Shown: positions 32,705 through 46,020 of the stretch, piece after piece | Layout: each line of letters begins with the position of its first letter | Position numbering within the stretch: position 1 is the stretch's first letter | Origin: Pocillopora damicornis | Taxonomy: Eukaryota | Assembly: GCF_003704095.1 (NCBI RefSeq) | Contig: NW_020845457.1 | Location: forward strand, 62,001-126,000 | Direction of reading: 5' to 3' | Length of the DNA stretch: 64,000 nt | Notes under the pieces: model-generated | Told to the model about the DNA's origin: nothing | Database searches by the model: none | What the model saw: only the letters and a program-made list of their open reading frames with translations | Position numbers and translations under genes: made by a program

Positions 32705-35700
32705 TCATTTTTTGGTGGTTTCTTTCCTTTTCTTTGTCCTCATGGTGTTTCTCTGATCTGGCACATCGCACATCTTTTCTTTAGGGTTAAACAACATGGC
32801 CTCAGGACACTGTCTCTCCTCTGACACTCCATAAGAGCAGACGACAAAGCTCTTTTGTTCGAAAGGATTTGTGTAGATTCCGCTTGACTTTCCGATGCAG
32901 AAGGACTTCAATCCTAAAAGAAGAAAGTCAAATGTTACTGTGTCATAATCGTAACTCAACAATTTCCCATACCCTATCATCATGCAAGAGGCTTATCGCT
33001 TTTGAGGCTACTAGAACTATGTCTTCGATTTCGCTTGTTGCTCAGTGAAATATTCGATAGTCAAATCAAAAGATCTGAGCCTCAAGTCTGCACTGGTTTT
33101 TAGGTTTGATTTTTTCCCCTGCACGTTTTTCTCTACAAAGTTTACCTTCATTTCACTCATACGCGTATTTTTGCATGTTTTGCCTTTTAATTCAGAGATA
33201 CAGAGAGAATAATATTCATTGTATGATAAAAGTGTCCCTACGTGAATCAACTTTTGGTTTGCGCATCCCTCCTTTGTAAGCGTTCATTTCTGATACTCCA
33301 GGCAGTCCACCTGTGACAGACACCCTGCCTGCTCTGTTAGGCAGGCCTTTGGATCCTTTATCGTGTTCAGGTTTAACCGACCCAGTGTTTTTGTTGGTTC
33401 CCATCCCACTAACACTTTCACCTGAAACCAAGAAATGTTTTCTGTTAGTCTTTTACCCCCTTTTTACATAAGCTACGCTCGGTATAATCTTTTTTTATTT
33501 ATTGGCAAAACCATGACCAAATGAAAAATGGTATGAGTATTATAATAAGGTAAACGACCTCTGTTTCCAAACAAACCACAATCCAATTCATTGTCTTTTG
33601 CGATTTTCTCATGCTGTTCCCTTTCGGATTTCCGATTTTTCTTTGGCAAACTTATTTGTTTTTTCTTTTTTATCATTTTGACGAACCATTACGGTGACAA
33701 AACAAATTTAAGATTACTCACCACTGCCTCCGTCCTCTTGAAGTCGAGTTATCAAATATTCACCCTGGACCGAATCACCTTGGTGAGTATTAATGCCGAG
33801 GCTATGCTCTTGGGGCTCTGTTGAAGAATCTTCTCCTTCTGTGTGTGGACTTTTCCACCGAGAAGCTTCATATTCCTGCTGTTGATAGCCATGACTGTGA
33901 TTAATCGAGCCATCCATGCTTGTCATATTCTCTGTTTCAGGATCCCCATCACTGAATACCATTCCCTGCGTAGCAATAGCGTCAAGGTATTCCTTGTTTG
34001 CTTCTAAAATACTCTGGGCGATATTTCCACCATCTTCCACTGCCTTGGAATCATCTTGAGATATTCTCTCTCGAGCCGTTCCTGTTACTGTCTTGTTGGT
34101 GAAACTGGATAACATAGAAACGACCTCTTTGCCCTTAGAATCTAACTCAAGCGGCCTATCGATCAAGCTTTTTAAGATCTGCACGATGTGACCTTTAGCA
34201 CCTGACCGTCTGTTCAGAGGATTCAAAATTCTCCCAGGAGTTTTTAAAATTATCTTTAGTTGTGGACGGCTCTGAATTTGAACAAAATCGTGAGGACTTA
34301 GCTGCTCTTGCTCAAGAAAAGGACTTTTCATATTAGCATTTTCTAGTTCCTTTGTTACACTGTCCGATTGTAAATTGGCTTGAAACTTGTTGTTCGTAAA
34401 AATCTGTTTTTGCTCCCTGAATTTATCAGAGGCCTTTGCGTTGCCAGGTTCTTGAACTGGGCCCCCAGTCACAACTGGGTCCTTTACGTTGTTACCAGTT
34501 TCGTACTTCTCACCCACAGAAACTTTTAGATTAGAAGAGTTTTGGATGTTGCTTGCAGCACTCTCGTCCATTGTAGTTGCTTTTTGCTCTGCCCCTCTCA
34601 TCTCGTCAGGTTTGTTGTTGTCGCTGATCTTCATAGTCTTTGTATTGTCGTCGGTTTTCACTTGCCCTTGCTCTGCGTTTTTATTTGTTTCTAATGATAC
34701 CGTATCGTTATGGTATAAAGTGGGCACGTCTCCATTTTGCTGTTTAGAAGAACTTTTTAACTGCTGAATGGGAGTTTTAGAAGCATTTTTCTGCTGGGAA
34801 AGGTTTGTTATATCCTGCATATGAGAAGGTGGTATTATAATTTTTGTTAAATTCATCGGGGGTGCACGCGATTCTTTCACTTCTTGTTTCTGATTCATTG
34901 ACTCTGGCTGACCAGTTTTAAACGTTACTCGAAAATCTCCAAGTTTAGAATTGTTCTGGCTGACAAATAATTTCTGCGGCGATACAATAGGTTCAGGTTT
35001 TGATCCATTTACTGGCAACGTTGAGGTATTCGTCCTATCTTCCTGTATCGCGAAGTCATTCTCAGGGCATTGGGACAGAGTGCAGTTAATCACAGGTTGT
35101 TTTCCACTGTTGTCCATCTTAATCTTAAGTTTAAAGTGAAGTGGCATCGAACTAATTGAATCATTAGAGCTAAATGAATCTGTCTTGCCCCCAAAATTGG
35201 CATTCTCTGAGTTATTTTCGTTGATATCAGTTGTAAGCTGGCCAGGATTTTTTAACATCTCACCTTTGCCAATGTGAAATTCTGATGAGTCAACTAGAAC
35301 TTTCCGACCGTTGTCAGCGAAGGAATTGGTGTCTCTAAACTCATCTACTGGTTCTATGGTATGTTCCCCATCCTGTCTGTTCTCAGTGGTAGTCTTCATT
35401 TCATGGTGCACACTTGGAAGTTGAGGATGTGAACCATAGATATTTATAGCAAACAACTTGTGAGGGGTTGTACTGAAATGACCTAGATCATTTGGAGATA
35501 AATGGTTTTCAGAAATATTTGCCAAACTCTTATTATCTGCTGAATCACGCAAATTTTTCATGTGTCCTTCGTCATTTCGCCAATCCTTTTGATCTATTGT
35601 CTGGCTCATGTTGCCTTTAATCACTGGCTGTAATTTTTGTGTTAGCAACACTGAATTATTGCCCTCAATCGTTTGGTTGGTAGTATTTCGCAAGCCCTCT

Positions 35701-38700
35701 TGGCCCTTGGATTTAACGTCCGTTTCTGGCACCATTACGGGCTTTTTGGCTTTTCCATTTAGTGGAGGTGACTCCACTGACATGATATTTGCGACATTAT
35801 CTTGTAAATGTCCTTGGTATCGTACAGGACTCGCAAGTTTATTTTGTGTTCCTCCAGGGGGCTGCTGTATTGCATGACTTTGGACACCGTTGAATATGTT
35901 GATTGAAAACAACTTGTGCGGGTGTGAAACCTTTGAAATCACCTTGTCATCTTGCTTAGTCGGTTTTTCGCTTTCACCGACAGAAAAAACCTTCAAGCTA
36001 CCATCACCTGGTAAAGAAATCCATCTACTGCCTTCTTTTGAGTCAAATGGCCCCCCAGATTCAGCTTCAGCGCTAACAAATTTTACATCTTCCGGCACAT
36101 CACAGGAAGATATCACTGGATTAAATTTTAGTCCAGTTGGACAAAATTTCTTTGTTGCCTTTTCACCTTGGCAAACGTAAAAAGCGGTCTCGTCTTTTGG
36201 ATCTGCGTATATGCCATCCTCTTTGGACACGCAGAACCCTTCATCGCCTATTGAGAATCAAAACAAATAACGGTCTTTGCATGTAGCTTTCATATTCTAA
36301 TTATCTGGAATAACTTTTCACTGTAGAGAAAAATACAACAAACTTTGAATTTCTCATGAGTGATAGTGCAGGTATATTGTTTCATAGATGGGTGTTTGGG
36401 TATGCGTTTACTATCAGATCAAGAATCTAGCGGGCGGTAAAAGGCAGATCGAAGCTTAGCTCGGGATGGATAAAGATAACAATATATTTCTTCCATTATC
36501 AAGCCACGGAAATAACTCACGTTTAGCCTTCAACTAAAAAAAAAGCCAATGAAAAGTTCACTAAAAGGAATTTAGAGGCCAGATCTATATTCCAATATTA
36601 TGAAATTTGTATCATGTTATTGATACGTTCTTGTTATGCCGGTCCACACATTATGAGAGCTTGATAAGTTTTAAAAAAGAGGCGCAATAGGGAGACTCTT
36701 GTAAAATAGATTTACGAAATATGACAGAAACCTCGTGCACGCGTACCTTCAGGAGAAGAGGGTCTGTCACCTTGACCATAACATTTAATTCCTTCTGGTG
36801 ATCCACCTATGGGAGTCGTAGGAGATTAATATTTAAGTTCAAGGCCGAGGTTTTTTACACAGCCAAAATGAAACCAGAATTACGTTGATTAAGACAGGAG
36901 ATTCCTATTAGGAAACATGGACATAAAATATTGCTTCTCTGACTATCGAATCAGCCCATCAACTGATGAATAAGAATTTCAAACGAATTTGATCAACTAA
37001 GTATGGAAGAGTTTACTTCTGGTCTAGTAATCAGGAGAACTTTTAGTGTCTCTCACCTCTCATTGCAGTGTCTGAGAACTGAACATCAGAATTGATAACC
37101 TTGTCGTTTTCTAGAGCGTTGATTGTCGCCTCCAGCTGTTCATTCATGACACTTGTCAGGCGCACCTTCAGTGGAAATGAAACAGCACCCATTCCTTCGT
37201 TCGTGAAGAAGTTATTTGTCGTTCTTGTGAGGCAAAACCACTTGCCTTTTACACGTTCAAAAGCTTCAATGCCAGCCACAGGAATTCTATATAGCAGTAG
37301 ATACATGGAAACGTTTGGTAATCGAACAGAAAGATAAACGGGTGGGTCTTTTATGGGTTGGTGTACGTGGGTAGGTCACACTGAGGTTGCTAACGGCGAA
37401 ACATACTTGTGCCGTTACTTACTTAGCATTTGTGGCTTGCAGTTTGAAATACATGTCATTACTGCCAGTGAAACGAAACTGAATGTATCCTGTTGGTCCC
37501 TGGGCCGATGGGCAGTCAGCAGCTTTGAAGCTGATTTCCCAAAGACCACTTCCAGTCTGTGGAGGAAGAATAGCCAGGTCTCCTAAGGTGGAACAAGGAT
37601 AGAATTGGGTTTGTTTCAGATCTCACTGAGAGCCATGATCTCCCATGAAAAAAGCAAATTGTATTATTCAACGATTACGCGCCATGACCTTGTTCAAAAT
37701 TTCTAGCAAAAAATGCTTTATTAGAACTTCTCAGAGACTATCAGAGCAATTGCAATATTCAACATAATCAGAAACGTCATCATAATTACAGTAAAATACT
37801 GTCAGCACCTTGATTCAGTGACTCGTCTTGGTCGACGATTATTCCTTTTAAGCTTCCTTCAACTGGTGGTGAGCCGTCCAGATCTGCTGCAGCAGGTTTT
37901 CCACTTCCAACAATGTTAAGGCACACTCCGCATCCAAGAGAACCCTGGAAGTCATGCTTTGATGCAGCCACATGAACTATTCCTGGTGTTTTAGTTATAG
38001 ACGGCGGCAAGTCCATTGAGCAAGCGTTATTTCCAGCGTCAGCATACTTTGCCTAGGTCATTCAGTAAAATGAAATATTACAATTTGAAGAACTTTGTAA
38101 CGTTTCCTCTCCTTGGGCGGGTAACATAGGTTTGAATTGAAGATCTGCGCATTCAAACTATTTTCCTCCGGAAGTCTAATTAACTGACCACATTTTCCCG
38201 CCTTCATAACACGCTTCCTAATCTAGACCGAGTGCGTTAACTAAAATGTTACCATTAAAAAGCAATTTTGTGACAATGCATTGTGCGACGTGATCCCACT
38301 CTAAGACTCCAGGGGGGGGGGACTTTTTATGACCATCTTAATCAGGGGAAGTCCCTTACTTCAACTTACCTTTCCAGTTGAATCACTCACAAATCTGTTG
38401 TACATCGCCTTCACGTTTTCAAGTGTTGTGTCTCTTTTGACGAGTGCGCCATTCTGGTGATTTAGAGGAACATCTGTTAAATTATGTATGCCTTTTATCA
38501 ACAGTAATTTAAAAATGAAATAATAAGGAAAGGCTGACAACTATGCGAATACTCTGTTATCAAAAGCAGGTAGATTAAAATTTAAAACGAAGTATAACCT
38601 CCTTAAAAGTATCTTCCTGAGACTATCATCATGTGTAAAAAAATTCATATGGTGGTTAATTTCATGGACCATGTAATGAGCAGGCAATGCGTGCTGAAAA

Positions 38701-39152
38701 TTTCGAGTCAGCACAAGCCATGTTATAAGAAATCCGCAAAGTATTCATTGATTCACATTTATATAATTCGAGTTAAAGCTCTTGTCACTGACCACGGATA
38801 CAAACGACCTGTAAAGTTTAGCATGGAATTTTCTACCAAGAAGCAATGCATGGCGACGATGGAAAACAGGCAAGAATGAACGGTCTATTTTCTACTCTGA
38901 CTGACTGACAGCCAGTCATAAACAGCCCCGTGGTGGTCATCTCTTAACATATAAAATATCGTAGCCTCACATTGCTTCTTATCCCCCTTATAACCTATGG
39001 CTGGATCTGTTCTGTTCTATAGATAATCGCAGGAGTTGACTTCGATTTTTACCATAATTACTTACCTCTTTACCATAACTAAGTACCATCCAGTCGATTG
39101 TTAACAATAAAACTAGCCATCTCTTTGAGACGTAAGACTTGTGGGCAGACAT
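32705..39152 (-). CDS. Secreted expansin-like protein with two chitin-binding type-2-like domains separated by a long low-complexity linker (gene B), ~1249 aa, 9 exons
   Basis: Exons 39152-39074, 38473-38370, 38052-37809, 37582-37423, 37286-37057, 36806-36747, 36247-33764, 33421-33242, 32913-32705; total 3750 nt in frame (exon 1 and exon 8 donors less certain). NNACSMD..HVAAS..LGCGVCLNI..VD..GDL; GSNDMYFKLQ..RTTNNFF..PLKVRLTS..VQF; four-Cys ChtBD2-like domains at both ends of the linker. Confidence 0.8.
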
Positions 39153-39899
39153 TGGGGAACTATTGTTCAGATAAAAAACAAACAGACAAACGCGATTTGT
39201 TCCTGATAAGTTCGTGGCCTGATGTAAAATGGATATTTTAGTCAATATAAGTGAAATACTCATTTCTCCTTTGTGAAAAAATACAAGAAGAGATATCTGT
39301 TTATATCGAAAATCCAATATTGAAGTGATTCAAATTGTAAGCAGAGAGGTTACTGATAGTCCACATTCGCTATCGTTAATTGGTGTTTATCTTCTAGGTA
39401 CAAGCAAAATTCTCCACTGTTTCTTGACCTGAAGGAAAGGAAACAATTCTCATAGAGATACTACTGCAGCATTGGTAATTGTGATAAGGTGCGTCGAGTT
39501 TCAGTGTTTGTTGGGAGTCAAATGATAAAATTAGAAATTTTGTCTAACAATCATTTTCAGGTTTTTCGCTCGCAAATGTATTTAAATTGAGATTTCTATC
39601 ATCAAATAACAGAATGAAATAATACAATTAGACCATCTTGCCACTGGCTAGTTCTTCCTTAAAACATTATATGATCCAACTTACCTTTCTATATAACTTA
39701 CATACTCCAAATGAGCTTGCAAGATAATTTTTTTATCATATATTTTTGAAGGAAAAATTCAGTGATACGATTTCAATGCATTACTAATTTGTTTGACTCC
39801 TTCTTAAACTAATAAGGTCAAAAGGGCTTCATAGTGTCTTCCCCGTGACAGGTTACTGTCAAAAATGGTTACACGAGTACTTGACTTTTACTCACCAGA

Positions 39900-40172
39900 G
39901 AAGTTTTCACTTGCGCGTCGAAAGTAATCCGGGATTGCATTAGTTTTGCTTTACTTTGCTCTGTGATTGGTCCAGAAAACTCGCGCCACTTTATCAACCA
40001 ATCAGATGCAAACGTGAACCCAACCACGATTTGGTCGCCCACGTTTTCCCGCGCTTTGGGTAGTTGGCTTGTTCTCATTACGAGTTTTCATCGGCTCTTT
40101 AGGGTATTTTCCTTTCTTCCTATTGGCTCTTAAGGGTATATTCCTTTCTTCCTATTGGTCGTTGTGATTACT
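39900..40172. repeat. Interspersed repeat / MITE-like element
   Basis: TGATTGG...CCAATCA internal palindrome and duplicated CTCTTAGGGTATTTTCCTTTCTTCCTATTGG; a related degenerate copy lies near 55320-55500. Confidence 0.5.
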
Positions 40173-41172
40173 TTTGTTTTGCTTTTACGTAATTCTCACA
40201 ATTTCTCCATTTTGGTCTCATTAAGAAATACATCTCATTTCAAGTCACTCTTTGGAAATGTTTTAGAACTCTAAAAGAGGCAAATGGAAGGTAACACAAA
40301 ACTTCAAGAACTCAAAGTTCGAAAATTACTCCATTTGACGTCGTTTCCAGTTGGCTACGATAAATAATAAACAACATTATAGGGTAAATTACGTTCATTT
40401 GATCATAAAATCATATGCGAATACTCATTGTGGTATTTAACTAGAGAAAGATCACACGTTCTCTCCTTCCTCTACGAAGAATCCTTTAATTTGATGCAAT
40501 TGACCATGATTAAAATCTCACATGTCGCTCCTTAAAATTCACTTAAGTTATCATATGTTATCTAACGCTCAAATCCATTGTCCAAAAATCCGCTAAAATA
40601 TTATACGAGATCTCGCTGGTTTTATACAACTTTGGTATTCTTGTATAATATGATAACCTTTAAGCAAACAGCACACATAATTACCGAGTTGCATACACAT
40701 GAATGTTGCATTTATTTACATGAAGCGCTTATACGAATTAGAATAAAATTTTTGCACATTCACGTACACCAGCTTTGTTGAGCTGCTCACCGTGTTACGC
40801 TGGCTAAGTGGCGCATACTTTGCCACAAGATACATACTTGGCCTTGAAGAAAACTGAGTACTTAATAATTATTTCGAAACTATTTACATTACACACTTTT
40901 AATGCTGTGGTAGTGGCGCATGAAATCCACAACCTCAATCAGTTCTTGTTGGAAAATTGATGACACTTAAACCCTGCCAAAGCGTCTTTTTGTTTAAACC
41001 TTTCACTTCTGCTGTCAGTGACCGAAAAAGGAATATCTCCATGAAATTATAGAATGTATATTTTCGAGCAAAAGGGTGATGAAAAGGAAGAAAAAAATAA
41101 TAACTGGTATGGTGCGATACCAGTTCACAGCGCTAAATTAAATGGAAGGGTATCGTGGAAAGTATCAAGGTT

Positions 41173-42631
41173 TTATTTACCAGGAAAGCTTTGGGGACGA
41201 TTAATACCCGGAAAATAAAAAATACCAAACCAGTGTTGAGTTGTCGACATTGGAGATGACGAGCATCGGTGATCTGTGTTCACTCTTCCATGAGCATACC
41301 ATCCAAAGTTATGCTCGCTCTTTCCCATCCCTGGCCTTCCATCAAAATTGCATCCATTGGCTGAACTTAAGTAGCTATCGATGTGCCAGGCGTGGTCAGT
41401 CGGTTGATTGGTCAGAGCGGTGCAGTTCCTACATTCATTGCCTCGGATGGCGATGTGTTCATAAATTCTACATTTGTTGTTGAATGTTGCAAATAAATTG
41501 TGGTGTTCGAGTTCCGCTTGTGCATAGTCCGTATACTGAAGACCATCTGTGTTGTAATTACACGTTACTCTGAGATGAGTCGACTGCTCGGCAAGATACT
41601 TCATGCGGGCCAAGGATAAGCGGTACAGGCCCCAGTCTATCTCTAGGAGATTGTCACGAACTGGAAAGCTATTTGTGAACGGTTGGCTACTAAACTGCAA
41701 TTGCCGATCGATAGCAAAGGATTGTAAAAGAGTCCATATGAAGCTGGACGATGAGCCGATTTCGCAGTACACGTAAAATGGCTCGATCTCTCCATTACAT
41801 ATGAGGTACCTGCCAGATTGCCATATGCCGTTTTCTTTAGCATCCTTGCAACTTTTATAGCATCTATGTTCACACCGCTGTCCAGTATAACGAGCGGAGC
41901 AGCTACACGTAAACCTGGCATCATCAGGATCACAATTCTCCACGCACTCTGCTCCTTGAAAGCAAGGATTAGGCTGGCAACATCTGTTTACACACACATC
42001 CTTTCCTTTTACATAAGGTCGGCCTCCCTGTTTTTGAATTAAGTTTAAAGTTACACGTCAGTAGTTTCCCCAGTATATTCTCAAATTTACGCGCCTAGGG
42101 TATTTATTTAATGTAATTAACTTTATGGACCCATTTTTACTTGTAACTTCCTAAATGTAGAAAGACTGTTGCGTTCTTCAAATTTTACCTTAACCCTCCT
42201 CCCTTTTCTCAGTGTTTGTTTGTTTGTTTGTCTTTTGTCTTTTTAATTAAAAAGTTCACTTAACTTCTCACCTCTACTGAATGCATTCTAACCAGATCGT
42301 AGTACTGAGCTCCTGATTTGAATTTTAGCGCCTCTGGTTTCTTTCTTTTCACAGCGTCATTCAACTCGCAATTGTTCTCTTGGAGACTTGAGACGTAGTT
42401 GATGGATAAACATAAACAGTTGTCTCTGCACATCATTTGACATTGTGCAGCTGTCTTAACTGTGTATCTCTCAATCACATGGCCGTCGAGGGCGTGGTCG
42501 TCAACAACATTTTTTCCCATCTCAAACCTGAATTTTTGGCAAACTACTTTCTGTTCTTCGGTGAGAACATTAACAAAGCACAGAGCCATTCGGAGGGCTG
42601 CTACACTTATTATGAACGATATCCTATTCAT
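41173..42631 (-). CDS. Secreted PAN/apple - EGF - fibrinogen-related Cys-rich protein, ~404 aa, 2 coding exons
   Basis: Exons 42631-42272 and 42027-41173 (1215 nt). Signal peptide; HALDGHV..CQMMC..CLSINY..CELN (PAN); CQPNPCFQGAEC..FTCSCSARYTGQRCE (EGF); KSCKDAK..SGRY..VYCE..WTLLQ (fibrinogen C-terminal-like start). Confidence 0.8.
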
Positions 42632-45600
42632 GATCTAAGACCTGGGAAATAACAGAGATGAAAAACTATCGACAATGTCATCGTGCAGTCATCGTTAGCT
42701 TAGCGTTAATATTACCGATACCGTCTCCGTTTATGTAACCTTAACTGCACTTTCACAGATTTGAAATCGAGACTGCTGCTGACTGCTGACACCTTAAGAT
42801 AAATAGGTATTCTAGAGACCTTCACCAGACAAGCAAAACATATAGTAGTGGATATGAAGAACCGTGACATATTACGAACTCATAAGAAATTTAGAACCAC
42901 TCTATATACCGACTAGCGTCGAATGATGTTCAGATGCGACATTCCGACCACAGGTAGGGCGGGCTCTAGGTATAAATATTCCCTCTTAGCTAATATTACA
43001 TAACTTTACAATATTCGGCAAAGGAAAATTTCCAGTCTTTAAAAACTTGGAAATTTCAAGTACTAGGATTTAAGTTAGTTGATTTCTTCATTGAATTTTT
43101 TGGATCAATTTATTGCGATCTAGGTGGTGTTAATGCTGTCTGGTTTTTTTTAGTTTGCAATTCCCAAAACTAGGATTCTTGGATCGACCCATAAATCACA
43201 GGGAAAATGCGAAAAACAGGACTGAAACGATATAAACTGTATCCTCATTTTTCCTGATTTGGAATCTACCACACTCTTCTTCTTCTGCTGATTCAAAATA
43301 TATCATATTTTTTGGTTTCCAAAATACAACCATATCTCTCATAAATTTCCTTGCAATTCTGCCATTGCAAAATAACGATATAGCTCTGAAAATCATGTAT
43401 ATCAAATGTTGGCTACTGGTTATGTAATTTGCAAACTTCTCTCAACTAACAAATGTTAAAAATTTTTCAAACAGTAACATACCAGCTTGTTTCTGCAGTC
43501 TACAAGTACAGCTCTTCAGAAGTGCGTGCGTCAAGAAGGAGTCGAAGCCTGACTATGATTATGAGTTTTTGTATCTGTACCATATCATTACTTTGCAAAG
43601 ATCTATTAACAATCGATGATTATTTCTTTTCAGAAGAAAAAGTCAGAAATAAACGCCGCGACAACTTAATGTAAATAATTTATCGTGTAAACTAACTTAT
43701 GGAGCAACGTATGTAATTTACGATCATTAAAACGATTGTTATCGACCGGTTGTTGTAAAGCTTTTAGTCGTTGATGAGTTTAATATTCATTTAATTTAGA
43801 TTTACGTCCTAAAAGTTTTTTTTTTTCCTGATCAGTTATTGTCTGGTACTTACTTTGATTTTGGCTATACGGCTCTCAATCGGTGTTAATGAGTTGAAAT
43901 GATTGCGTAATCGCAGGAAAAGTCATCGTAGCGCGGAATAGATCGGAAAACTGCTACCGTGTTTTACCGATCTCCCTCGAAGAAAAATTGGTGAAAGCGA
44001 ACTTTACATTTCATATTAGTTAGGGGGAAATGTGGAAGTAGGTTCAGCAGAGAGAATTCCGCTGATAACGACATTTGTTATAAAAGTTTTATGTATTTCT
44101 TTAAAACGCTCAAGACCAATATATGATCTACTTGAAAATAGCTCTTAGTGACCTTAAGGAAACTGGCGCATAGATAAATATGGATAGATGTATAGAATTC
44201 AGGCTTCGGAGGAAACTCAGATCACGAACTTGGCAAATAGTGAGAGCAGCTGAAATCCGGGCGCCCGGCCTATTTCCAAAAACCAGACAGATATAAGAGC
44301 AGTGATATAATCAAATTTAATCTCTTAAATGAATCTGAAAGGAGTTGCGTAACATTGGTAAACTATTGGTTCATACTGTCAGATGACGGGGATGTCAGTG
44401 CAGATATGTCCATTGCATATGAACAACGTATGCAACAAATTACCAGGAATTGAATTGATGCTAACTAAGTTCTTGTATACGACGTGATGCAGGAAAAGTA
44501 TACGGACAACTGAAAAAAAGAAAAAGAAAAAGAAAGTAGTAATCATTGAGTAATAGCTTGAAAAGCTAAGCCTTACCTTACCTGATGGTCTCTCAATAGC
44601 TGCTTCAGCTGTTCAAAATACTCCGACAGCACACCAGCACTACACAAACATTGTGAGCTAATGGCTACTTTCCGAATGACTATTCAATCTAACAACACGT
44701 GCTCAGAGGAATGATGGTGCTCCTAGAGGCATATACAATGTAGGTTTACCTACATTGGGATGTGTTTTATTATAATTCCACCAGCGGAGGACTTATGGCG
44801 ATGTAGAGATAATTTTCAAAGCTATCGATCGATTAATGAAGAATTGACGCACACAAAATCAAAGTCCTTCGATTCCGCCTTTGACGTTTCGAAAAAAACC
44901 TGCCGAAATCAATCCTACCTCAAAATGAGAGGTAGGTCTACATTTGTCGTTTTTCTCAGTAAAATTGTAATCTTCTTCCGATTGTTTTAGTCTATGGGTA
45001 GTCTGCAAAAGAACCAAATACAATTCTGAAGCCTTAGTGACACGTCCTAAAGTTATAATCTTACATTCATTATAAGTTACTGAAAGGCAGAAAGGCGAAT
45101 ATGAATGGCTTGCCGAAATTTCCGTGATGAAAATTGGTTATTTAAATTGGGTATTTATTTTGTTCTCACTTTTGGCAAAATACTTTGGCTTTTATGGATA
45201 GAATTTCCTTTTGCTCTTAACAAGATATTTTCCGAAGGAAAAGCTTCAAAGATCGATGAGTTTGTAATAACAGAAAAAAAGAATTTTATATATATTAAGG
45301 TATCATTGTAGGTGGTGCTCGCGAGAGCCGGTTATAACAGGATAAAAGAAGAAATATTGTTTATGATTTGAGGTATTATTTTAAATGGATTGACCGCGTT
45401 TGGAAACTTTCTTTCACGTGGCCACCTTAAAAGAAGATCTCATCAACCTGCTAATGTTTTTCTTTTCCTTTTGAATTTTTTAAAAAGTGAACTTCGCGGA
45501 GATATTAAGCGAGACCTAGCCAGAATTTATGATTCGCTTCGAATTTTTTCTCTTGAGAGATACACGATCCATGTAAATTAGACAACATTACGTCCGCATT

Positions 45601-46020
45601 ATCTTTACCATGTCGTTCATCTTAAGATGACGCGTGTCTTATGAATTAATAGTTAAATTATATATTGAATCTAAGGTTTGGACATTACGCTCGTGATGGA
45701 TATCAGTTGTCATTAAGAAACGGAGATAACAGATAGCACTGAGCTAACAACTAGCTAACTTATGGCGGTGGTCTGAAGAGCTTTAATTTTTTCATTTTTA
45801 AGGGGGCAAATAAACGTGCCCTGAATATTAATGATGTTTTTATTTTGTGTTTTGAAACATGCTAATTTACGTCTACGTAAGAGTTTGCATTTTATCCCTT
45901 TGCTTTAAAACAAAATTGGAAAGGAACGAACAGGGGCGATTCACAAGGGATTACCGTAATTGATTCGTTACTTCTGGGGGACGAATTTTATCAGGGGTGA
46001 ATAAAAGGGGTAAGTTTTTA

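Noticed and set aside
33714-36230. 838-aa ORF as a stand-alone gene
   Set aside because: It starts at a GTG inside a ChtBD2 domain and is bounded by splice sites; it is exon 7 of gene B.
25092-39152. Bacterial or fungal contamination as the source of the expansin-like sequence
   Set aside because: The genes have 8-9 spliceosomal introns, intronic host-type repeats and animal-type ChtBD2 domains, and are contiguous with animal genes.
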